Positions 34,101-44,212 of a stretch of DNA of 64,000 nt are shown piece by piece (position 1 is the first letter of the stretch; each line of letters begins with the position of its first letter). A program made the position numbers and the translations under genes. Under the pieces are notes generated by a model. The model saw only the letters and a list, made by a program, of their open reading frames with translations, had not been told where the DNA came from and ran no database searches. Origin of the DNA: Takakia lepidozioides (Eukaryota > Plantae > Bryophyta); the NCBI GenBank assembly GCA_030704615.1, contig CM060732.1, forward strand, positions 39,556,001 to 39,620,000, in the 5' to 3' direction.

Positions 34101-37100
34101 GTAAATTTATCAGATTTCCTCACTTCTATGAACCAATACTAGTGTTAAGGAGAATACCTCGGCTGTCTCAAATGCAGCAGCAGCCTCAACAAATTTTCTG
34201 TCAGTCTCCATTGCTTTGGCATACTGCAAGCCCCACCTCCAGTTATCTTACCAGTGCTGTGCACCTTAACAATTCCCGTTTGGGGCACAGTCGTTGTAAC
34301 TCCATCGCTCTATTTGGCAAGCAGGGTCCATAAACCTCACTACTACGCAGTGGTGCAAACAGGACTTGAATGAAATGTTTGATTGTGGTCCAGTGACTCA
34401 AGACAATTCTGTAACTGGCATAGTGATAAGCAGGATCGGCCCACAAACATACACACAGATGAGACACTTTCTGTCAGCATGAGGCACTCTGTGTTGGGCA
34501 CCGTCAGAATCTTTTGATCCGATTCTTATTTTTTCTCTCTACTTTGTCCCACGGGCCCTTAGGCCCTTGTGGACGGACATCAAGTCTACTTATTTAGGAA
34601 ACAGGAGTGTTCGGCAGCTTGCCTTGACATCGCTATCTTTCTGCAGCAGTTAGACCTGCTTTCTAGCGTAGTTCCTTTGTTCCTTCTTTCCTTTTCTCCA
34701 CTTAGAGAATCTCTCGAAGTTGAATCGTACTTTCGTACTTTAGAATGGTTGTGTTGGCTGGTTGTTGGGAGTCTATCGTGTTTTCTATTTTCCTTTGTCC
34801 CATTAGGTCTTGAGCTTCCCATGGATGTTATAAAGTTTGTTTGTTTGTTTGTTTGTTTCTGTGTGGAGTTTATAAAGTTCCTTTCTCTGCTTGAATGGGG
34901 TACTGGATCAAATCTCTTCAGAACAACTGCCATTACTTCATTAATATGGGGACCAATCTACATGGCAGTGTCCATAGATTCACTACAGAAATGTGCACAG
35001 GACCATTATACTGAACCAACCTCAATATGAAGCTTGGGACTGGCAATGCGGTCCAGAAGAGGTTGTGCCTTAGTGTAGTTTTTAATGGAGATGTACACCC
35101 CTGCTGCTCTCTCCAGCTGCCCTCCCAGCTCATACATCTCTGCTGCATCCTGCACTTGAAAGGATGTGTTTTTCACTAACAAAATTCCAGAGCTCTTTGA
35201 GCTTTCCGTGGACATTATAATCTATCATTTTTCATTTCATTTCATTTCATTTCATTTTCCTCATAAGCTCTTTGAGCTTACTGCGGATGTTCTAAAGTCC
35301 GTTTCTTTCTGTGGAGGTCAACGGTATGTTGAATAGAGTAATTCAGCTCAGAAGAGGTTAGTTGCTTTAGTTAGCAATTAACAAGGCTTGTGAGGAGTTT
35401 TGTTAGCAGTAACTATTTGATAGGCTAACAATACATCATTGAACCAAGAGTTCAGTGACAGATCACCCAGTCAAGTGGAGTTAAGTGAAGTCCACTGACA
35501 GATCACTGAATTTCAGCTTGAGGCCCTGAACCGACAGGCTGAACCGACATACCGACATACCACCGAGAGATGCCTTCTTGGTGATATATGTCTTTGTGTG
35601 ACAATTTTAGAAAAATAATGAAGTGTTCACTTGTCTTCATTCTATGTTCCTGTGTCGTGGTCTGAGAGAGGTCTTAGCAAAGAGAGACTGAGCTCAGAGA
35701 GGAGAGGAACCTTGAAGGTTCAGCTTCATACTAAAGGGTTCATTAAGTGTTGCTTACTATTGCAGGTGGCTTGCAGTCCATAGCATAGAGTACGAACAAA
35801 AGGGATCAAAGTTTGAAGGGAGCCTAGAACAAGTTTTGATTGTTTGCAGGGTCAATTAGGCTTTGTCTCCAAGCTAGCAGTTTTCAGACCCTACAGTAGA
35901 CAGTCCTCTTCCCAAACGGTCTGGGGACCAGTCAGACAAGATGAGTAGAGATAAGCCACTAGTTCTACTTCACAACACGGTAAGGCTATGGCAAGCCAAA
36001 GTTTGCAGGGAACGGCATGCTTACATTCTTTCTCTTACTGTGGAGGCCATGTCTGTTGCCATGAGATTGTCTGATGAAAATGAAGTTAGGCAGAGAACTT
36101 CCCTGAACTTGTTTCCAGTCAGTGACATGGGGGTGGACATCTTGGATGACCTCAAGGGTCTACCCACTCTCGGCACTAGACTGAAATTTAAACTCAGGGC
36201 AGGAAGCCTACCTTTGAACAGCAAACAGAAGCAGAGAGGAAAGGGAGAGTGCAATTGTCCGTTGTGTGGGCAATCTGAAGACAGTATTCATTTTCTGATA
36301 CACTGTCCGGGGTTCTCTCACCAAAGAGACGCTCTCTTCAATTCTATCAAGGGAATTGTGCCTGTACCCCTGTTTACCAACTTTGAAAGTCTCGAGGCTG
36401 AGCCAAAAGCCCAGGCCCTCCTGAGGCCTAGTTTTTGGGCAAATCACACACAGCAGATTGATGCTTGTGTGAAGGGTTTTCTAGAGGATATCTGGAAAAC
36501 CCGGATTAATTCTTTATATGAAGGTAAGTCTTACTACCAACGTCAGCCCCTGACAGAGGTAGGTTCTGTTCCTTTTGTTCCCGCTCAAACTGGGTGCGGG
36601 GTCAATGGCCACAAGGCTACGGCAAACAACGTCTGATGAGTACAATCTTACTGTGGAGGCTGTAAAGTTTCTCAATATCCCCATAGACCACCCTAGAATC
36701 ATAAACGCCTTGAACACAATGAAAAGGACCTGGAGCAGATTCAGGCCTTCAAGAAGCCTAGCACATTCTTGATACAAGAGAGGATTGTTGCACTGTATGG
36801 CCATTTGGCGCCCTTTCCAGAGATCCCCAAGGTGCAAAGATGTGCGTGCTACTCCACCCTGTCAGGGTTGAAGGCAGTGTCAAGGTATTTAGCATGGTTA
36901 TTCTTAGTTCATCTGCACACTTTGGCACCCTTAGTGGATACCAATTTTGCATGCCCATACACAAGTAGCAGCTCAAACTAAACCCAGGTTTTATCTGTTG
37001 AAGTTCAATCATTCATATTCATTTGACATGTGACATCATGTACATGCAGAAACAATTAGTACTATAATCCACCAACAGCTACACACCTTCAAATCTAATG

Positions 37101-40100
37101 TAGTCCACACCTGAGCAAGGGAGCGCTGCTTTGGATTTGAAGGATTAGACTTCAGATAGTCTTCGTAGTTTGCAAGTGCCAGGCGGTGATCACCCCGCAT
37201 TTCAAGCAGATGTCCATACTCCCTTGCTATCTCCCCGGCGGATGGCAAGCCAAGCAGCTTGGCCAGCTCCATAGCCTGCACATCCGAACAGTCTAACCCA
37301 TCACACCACAGTCCATTTGCTATGGAGAATGAGTAAGAACGTTCTCACTCTTAATCACAAACGCACAGAATGGTGTGAACACCTTACATTTTGTAACACG
37401 CTGTCAATGGCAGACTAGGTCTCTCAAGCTTGGTGGAAATTCCCAGGCCTCCAAGCAATGCTGGGTAGGCAATATCTCCAGTTGTCTTACACTTATCCAA
37501 AGTCCAGCTATGATATATAGCAGGTGGTTGAAGACGGACCCAAAGAATGGCGACGTGGGACTAGGAAAGACCTTATCCCAATGCCGAAGATTGCATCTCA
37601 TCTCACAAGCAGCCTCAGGCCTGGATGACTTCAGAAAGGCATCCTGCATAGTAAGGGCATTCACAACAATGGCCATGTCAAGCCTTGCATGAAAAGCTCC
37701 CGAGAATGTCAACAGAGAGAGGAAGATGTTCATAATTGCAGTATGAGTATTTGCCAGTAGGGCACAAGTTCTAACTTCTTTCACTACAGAACAGGCTATG
37801 AGAAAGAAAGAAGACACCTGTGCTGCATCATAATTCTCAAGGAGCAGCAAGATATGGCCAGACAGTAAAAACCGGTCCTCAATGTGTTCAATCTGGTTCA
37901 GCCCAATGAGGAGCGTAAGATTGTGGGACTCTTGGCAGGCCTTCATGGCAATCTCGAGCTCCATTTGCTCCAGCGCCAATTTTACGAGCATACTCCATAC
38001 CTGGTTCATCAAAGGAATTGGCAAAAAACACAACTCTTCATACATGCCAGTCTGCCACTTGAAGTCCTCCATCTGAAGCTGAAACATTCTGGGAGATTCT
38101 CAACTCTACCATAGTAGCTCTTTCGACTTTTCATGCACATTATAAAGCTTCTTAATTTCTTTTCTCTGTTGCATGAGACTGCACAGCGAGGCCTGCCACG
38201 GTGCACACTAGTTTCGTCTTTTCAATTGACCCAAAACTCCTGTAGAGTGAAGAGAGACCATAATTATGCTTATATCAGGAAGAGACAAGCTACAGAAAGA
38301 TGAAACAGAGGAAACACCTCAGGGCTGTCAAGCAGCTTTGCATCTGTCCATGCTTCCTTAAAGTGCAACAGCGCTAAGTTCTGCTCAAACCTGTCTTTTG
38401 CTTGGCACTTCCCTTGTCCGACTCTCTGCGCAATCCACCGGTGGTTGTCCTTCTTAAGTGGTTGAGTTTTTCTGTGGTGCTGAGGTAGAAAGAGAGAAGG
38501 ATTCATCTATTCTGGCAGCCAACAACTTCTGTCAGGTAAAGGCATCTGGTATAGACAAAAAATACTTCAACAGAAGATATTTTTTGAGGGATGTTGCTCA
38601 ATTACACTCTTCACAAGCCAGCGGTGACAGAAAAGAATCTAACAAGTGAAGATGTTTTTTACCCTATTGGATAAACTTCATGTACTACTCAAAGGCTGTT
38701 AGGTATAGTAGCATCATCTCATAACAACTTCAGCTTCAACTCTGTTTTGACTCGTGCAGAGTCTGAAATGTCTGTGGAGTAAATGTCTCTCCCTAGGATT
38801 TTGACGTGGCATCCAACTTCCTCTCTGGAGGATTTGGAAGTTTCATCCGTTTAATATTCGAGCTCCAGTTGTCTTTACCCAAGTCCCTCCAAGAGCCTGT
38901 TATGAATTAGAAAGGAAACGAAGGGCATATAATTAACCCAACATGTGTGGGCAGAGTTAGGTTCTCGAGCACTCCGTTCTCCAGCTGCAGAAACCAGCCA
39001 CCCCCACCCATCATCCATGTTTTAATTCCAAGCCACTCCCATGATTAGTCACATCCACCCTTGACAGATACTGCTCATTTATCCAAGTTTGTGCTTAAGA
39101 CTGCACCCCCCTTCCCCCTGGCACGGTAGCAACAGACCTGGAATACTGCATAAAACATCTGCACCACAATCAGGTTGTGGGTGACATGAACAAAGCATCT
39201 GAGAAGGTCAAAGCTGTCCTCACAGTCTTTAACAGTGTGGATTGATGTCACTGACTGTAAAAAAGGCACTCAGACTATTCCAGGCTCTGTTTGTTGAAAC
39301 ACGTAGACATCTTTATCATGTGATTATAAACATGAATACCTGGCAGGTAAGAGTTCCGTTCTGAAGGCCCACGGGATAGGAGCTGAAAGGACGAGTGAAT
39401 GCCCCCAGAAATGAGACATTTGGTGAGTACACATTGACAGGGGAGTAGACATAGACAAAAGTCTGACTCTTTTCTGCCAGCACAAAGAGATGAGGGTCCC
39501 ATATATCCCAGAGCGCCACAACCAGCATCCCAGTGAAGCTTGGGATCAGTAGCACCTGAAGGCAAGCCATGATAATGTCCCCTTTCAAATCCTGGAATAC
39601 TCTAAAAGTAATTTTGGAAAGAATCCAAATCTTATCAATCAACTCCTTACCAAGTCAAAAATCGGACTTAGATGCTGTAAATGTAGTGTGTACGTGCACT
39701 ATGGAGAGCATAGGAGGGCATGGTGAGACCTGGTCATTGAGAGGGTTGTACAAATATACAAAGCGACGATCATCCTCAAACAGCAGCCTTGTGCCTAAAC
39801 CATTAGGCCACACCCTGTTAACCCCCGCAACAGCACCTGAGATACGCTTTATCCTCCCTCAATGCATGCCTGTCCATGTCTGCTCTACATCCATTCCTTC
39901 AGCAACTATTCAGATGTTTATCGTTGGATGAGTTCATGATTATCACAGCTTTCTCCCTCAGTCAGCCAATTGTGGATCAACTTCTTTCAGGCTCAGTATT
40001 TGCTTTCACTTCCTTGAGTACCCACCATTCAAAGTTATCCCTCACTGGATTCTCAAAACTAGTCTTGAAATGCAGGTGTTCATGAAATGGTAATAGACTC

Positions 40101-40788
40101 TTCTTCTTATTACCAATGTTGGTGATACACATACTCAGACTTCTCATCATCGCAGTCATTTCCAAAATGCACACGCATGTGTGTGCGCAAAAAGTGAAGT
40201 CCTTGGAATAGGAAGCAAGTCGAGGAAGGAAGAGCACCTGGTGATGCCGCCATCACAATGTGAGTATTCAGTGATGAAACAAGGACCTTTCTCATCCAGA
40301 TAGTAGTACAAGATGCTCCCAGTGGCTGTCCCATACACGAGAAACTCAGGTGTCAACTGCATGCATGAGATGTCAGCCTTACACCCCTGGTCAGGAAACT
40401 CGGTGGATACTGGCTCATGCCCCTTCTCTACAGCTTCCTCTCCGGGAAGAGGGAGTGTCAGCAGCTCTAGTCTTCCCTTTTGCAGCACTGCTCTAAAATT
40501 TTCATTTTTCACCTGCACAAGCATGACAAAGAGCTGAAGCCTGCAGACCCTGGTTGCACAATCTACGTTTCGATGTGGGTATGAGAAGTACCATCTGGTG
40601 GGCATGAAATCCAGGTCATAATTAAGTTGATGGGGTGCTTCCCAGGCTTTCAGAGTCAAAGAAAAATAACGGCAACCTTCAAATCACACCGAAGACAGGA
40701 ATAACATCTTTTTTTCTTTGTGAACAGCTTGAGCTTGAGCATGCAATGCAAAAGAACCCACCTCCGTCGTCTTGACGGATCGAGGCAT
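25196..40788 (-). CDS. WDR19: Intraflagellar transport protein 144 / WD repeat protein 19 (multi-exon; 5' start uncertain, apparently N-terminally shortened)
   Basis: Exons in IFT144 order: [18 protein letters not shown]; [15 protein letters not shown]; LQNGTLTCQ; [13 protein letters not shown]; [11 protein letters not shown]; [13 protein letters not shown]; YAKAMETD; [10 protein letters not shown]; [11 protein letters not shown]; [33 protein letters not shown]; CPTC..CPAC; [17 protein letters not shown]; CPMC. Stop at 25196-25198. Confidence 0.93.
28395..28546 (+). mobile_element. Short LINE 3' fragment with (CATTT)n tail
   Basis: ttccactgtctattccgtgggactcaatctctcactga matches 29849-29886 and 33275-33310, and is followed by cattt repeats. 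Confidence 0.7.
29260..30080 (+). mobile_element. 5'-truncated LINE (RTEX-like) with (CATTT)n tail
   Basis: [24 protein letters not shown] / [22 protein letters not shown]-terminal Zn-knuckle-like domain, then a 3' UTR and cattt tail. Confidence 0.85.
30090..33511 (+). mobile_element. Degenerate near-full-length LINE (RTEX-like: APE + RT + C-terminal domain), (CATTT)n tail
   Basis: APE motifs [30 protein letters not shown] (30.8-31.3 kb). RT motifs [33 protein letters not shown] (32.1-32.3 kb). The 3' part parallels 29260-30080. Confidence 0.85.
34520..34859 (+). mobile_element. LINE 3' fragment with (GTTT)n tail
   Basis: 3' UTR cccattaggtcttgagcttcccatggatgttataaag resembles the CATTT-family 3' UTR and is followed by (gttt)n. 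Confidence 0.6.
35327..35977. mobile_element. Solo LTR (651 bp)
   Basis: Begins TGTTG and ends CAACA, flanked by the 5-bp TSD cggta (35322-35326 and 35978-35982). Confidence 0.85.
36048..36645 (+). mobile_element. 5'-truncated LINE (second family) with TSD
   Basis: [14 protein letters not shown]...[19 protein letters not shown]-terminal domain. Direct repeat tcttactgtggaggc at 36033-36047 and 36646-36660. Confidence 0.88.
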
Positions 40789-41203
40789 GGTTGCAACGAA
40801 CTCCTGTCCACCCTCCTTCTCTATGGAAAATGAAATCAGGTCCTCAACTCCCCAATCGAACACAGCCACACAACGTGTTAGTCCAGCAGAATCTCCCTGT
40901 TTCAGAAAATGACTCCTCGTGTTTTGTCAAATAGTTCCCTTGCAACTGCAGGCCTGGGTGCCGGTCCCAGCACCTGGACTCCATAGCTTCTCCTTCCTGT
41001 AACCACCCCCCAAAACGGATGTCGTTCGTCTGTAAGTCAATTCGTCCAAGAGTTCCGTTCGATCAGTGCTCGATCAATTGAAGATAAAGCGATACGGTTG
41101 GAACTTGGAACATGATGTCCAAAGAATATATTCCGCCATAAAAAAGCAATCCAGTGATTGAGCGATCTCTAGAGAATCCGGATCAGAGATTTTCGTATCT
41201 GCA

Positions 41204-41382
41204 CTTGAGCAGGTAGCCCAGTGGTTGGGTGTTTGTGCCTTGCCTGTGCATAAACTATGTGATCCCGGGTTCAATCCTTCAACATGTGCCTTCAGACCGT
41301 CCATTGGGCCCTCGATGGCCTGTGTGTTGAGCAGTAGGCTCTGTAAATTCACTGGACGATAAAGAATTTTTATCTTTATCTT
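41204..41382 (+). mobile_element. tRNA-derived SINE
   Basis: A box tagcccagtgg (41214-41224), B box ggttcaatcc (41268-41277), (TTTATC)n tail, and candidate TSD tatctgca (41196-41203 / 41383-41390). Confidence 0.75.
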
Positions 41383-42188
41383 TATCTGCAGACTTGCAAG
41401 CAATAATCGCCAAGTTTGGTAAGTTCCTAGTACAGTAATTGTAGCTCAACACGAGAGGTTTGCGGCTCAGACAAGGGCAGCAGCCATGGCTCCATTCTTG
41501 TGAGCAAGACAAGCTGCTGAAGTGTCACATTAGACTTGCCTTCCATTCGTGGTAATGTTCGAAGTTTACTGCATCGATGTGAGATGGCAAAGCCCAATCT
41601 CATCAAATTGTTTCAGAAGGGGATTTCAATGCAACATTTCAGTAGGCATTCTGAAGTTCTCTGCAAAAAGGCCATGGATAGACGTGCACATGCAGCACAA
41701 TGCAATTTTGAGAAGCTCAGGATGTGCTATCAGCATTCACTACATGGACAAGGAACTCTATAGATCCTCTTACTCTTGAATTCAGGAAAGGGTGGCCCTG
41801 TGGAGCCAAATAACCAAGGTACAAGTACATATGAAAGTGAGGTATCAATCAACTTGGCATGCCTAAGCTACAATCAGGAATGCAACAGAGATTAAGCACC
41901 TCTTTCAACCCAACCAACAGTACAATCAAATCCACATTCCAGGAATAGGCTAGAACTCTCAGGTTCTTGCCACTTGAAACTGCAAACACATTGTCCTTTC
42001 CTGACTACGTATCTACCATTCCGTCCTAACCAGAAGACCATGTCAGGTCCATGACCATACCACCATCTTCCTGATGCAAGAGAGATCTGGCTTCTAATTC
42101 ATCCGCAACAAAGATTATCTGACTGACTGTCTATCTACACGTACTGTCAGAAAGAATATGTGGAGTGGCTGGCTCCTTCTGACGAACA

Positions 42189-43517
42189 CTAAACTGGGTT
42201 TAAACTAAGACTGCCAAAGAAGCCTGTGAGGGAGCGTTCGCCGTCCTTGCCGTCGAATACTCTATTTCGGACGATAGGAAGCCAATCCCATGAGCCTTGC
42301 TTCAAGTCAAACGCTAGTGTTTGTGATTCATTGCGTTTCACCAGTATAAGATCACCGTACCCTACAGCACACCAAGGGCGCCTCCTGCGAGGGAAACCAA
42401 ACGCAGGACGAGGGCTGGCACGTTCTGACAAGAAAACTGCAAGCATTGGGTCGGAAACTCTCGACAACTCCAGCCATTCCCGAGTAGAAGACTTGAACTC
42501 CCACAAAATTATGGAATTGATGACGATGCTACTCGCAACAACGTTGCCAGTACTCCCCACCAGCAAAATGCGTCCGTGACTCTCCAAAAGAGATAACCAG
42601 CGCAGGTTCGTGGGCATATCTACAGGGACCCCACTCCAGACACCACTGACCATGTCATATTTCTGCAAAATGTAGGTATCGCTTGCCCCGCGATGTCTTT
42701 GAGCACCCATAACGTATATTACACTGCCGCAGATCACATGGTGTCCACAGTAACCAAACTGAGGCGAGTTGCTTCCAGTTTTCCAAGAATCGGAGACGGA
42801 GTCATAGACTAGTGTTGGACCATTGCATGTAAGATCATGGGCCACCACAATCACCTTGTAGCTCTTGGTGGATTCATCCGCCACCAATTGGCATACAGGG
42901 TAAAGCGGAGTCCCGCCAAAGGATAGATCGGGGAGGGCCGGCAGTTGTCTCCACGTCCTCAACAGAGGGTTGCATACAGTCAAGATCAGCGGGGAATCCC
43001 TCACCCGTCCACACCAGCTACGTTTCAGTGACTGAATGCACAGCAGGCCTCCGTCTGCACCAACAAAGTTATGGAAAACGTCGTCCACCCTGGTGACCCT
43101 ACCATCTGCAGCAACAACTTCGTTAGCAGCACTACTACCGTGTATACTAAACAGATGATGGTAAAGGAAACGGGTGGAACAAGATTTCCACCCACGCTCT
43201 ACAGGATCATAGAGTCTGATGAGATCCGTCTTGCCATCCTTGCACCAAAAAAAATACATGTCATTCTGGCGAGGGACCTGATCGCAAAGGTCCTTGAAAC
43301 CTTGAGAAAACAGTAGAGTGTTCCATCGTTTGCACACCGATCGTAACTGCATAAGGCTTGGATACGGTAAGAATGCCAACACTCTGTCCAGTAACTCGGG
43401 AGGGAGCATGCTCCACAGCTGCTCGTCCATCACCTCTACCGGATTACTCTTGGGCCCAAAGAATAAGGACGCACTAGCAAGATCTCCTTTCCACCTTCCT
43501 GCAGAGCTACACATCAC
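42189..43517 (-). CDS. F-box/kelch-repeat protein (intronless; true start may be the Met of MDEQLW)
   Basis: F-box LWSMLPPELLDRVLAFLP..LRSVCKRWN followed by GGLLC, VCNPL.RTWRQLP and YDSVSDSW kelch-like blades. Confidence 0.9.
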   Translation of the reverse strand: MMCSSAGRWKGDLASASLFFGPKSNPVEVMDEQLWSMLPPELLDRVLAFLPYPSLMQLRSVCKRWNTLLFSQGFKDLCDQVPRQNDMYFFWCKDGKTDLIRLYDPVERGWKSCSTRFLYHHLFSIHGSSAANEVVAADGRVTRVDDVFHNFVGADGGLLCIQSLKRSWCGRVRDSPLILTVCNPLLRTWRQLPALPDLSFGGTPLYPVCQLVADESTKSYKVIVVAHDLTCNGPTLVYDSVSDSWKTGSNSPQFGYCGHHVICGSVIYVMGAQRHRGASDTYILQKYDMVSGVWSGVPVDMPTNLRWLSLLESHGRILLVGSTGNVVASSIVINSIILWEFKSSTREWLELSRVSDPMLAVFLSERASPRPAFGFPRRRRPWCAVGYGDLILVKRNESQTLAFDLKQGSWDWLPIVRNRVFDGKDGERSLTGFFGSLSLNPV

Positions 43518-43812
43518 AAGTATCTGAAATTTTCAAAAATCTACAATGAGCTCACTTGGAAGGTCCTCCACAAAAATGGGTGCCGCTAATTTCAGCTCAT
43601 CTCAGCTCTGGGAGGAAGGAGAAGGAGCGCCATGCAAGGACTAGGGCCGGCATGGCGGCATTCATCCACATTCCCTTTGTTTATCATTTTGCACTCATCC
43701 GAATCCCAGAGTGCGGAGAGCGAGGGTTAGGGTTAAGCGCAGCTCCGCAAGCATCGTGTTGGATTTGCGAGGAGGACATAATCAGGGCGTGCTGAAGAAG
43801 ACTGCTGCAGTC

Positions 43813-44169
43813 ATGCTGCACTGCATTTTCCTTCTCTCAGATACTGGGTATGTGTGATCTGCAAAATGCTGAAACTCAAGCATTGGCGTTTCCAATTAGT
43901 CTTGCGTTGAAATGCTATTCTGTAAGCAGAACTGTGGTCAGAAGCAATGAATTCACCCCAAGCCAATGTCCACGCCGGTCTCATGTCATTGGTGAGCAAA
44001 TGCGCGATAATTGAGAACAGGTTGCAACTTCGGTGTTAATTGTTAATAGACATGGGCATGGCAGGGAGGTGATGTTGGAGAAGCAATGGATGGGACAGCA
44101 GGTGGATCGCTCCATTTGCAGTTGGTTCTGGAAACAGGCTCACCCCTCAGCTCAATCCCGTCAAGAGGT

Positions 44170-44212
<43 letters not shown>

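Noticed and set aside
41400-41800. Inverted WDR19 N-terminal exons on the plus strand (DPLTLEF)
   Set aside because: Only a few residues of resemblance, surrounded by stops, with no WD40 pattern.
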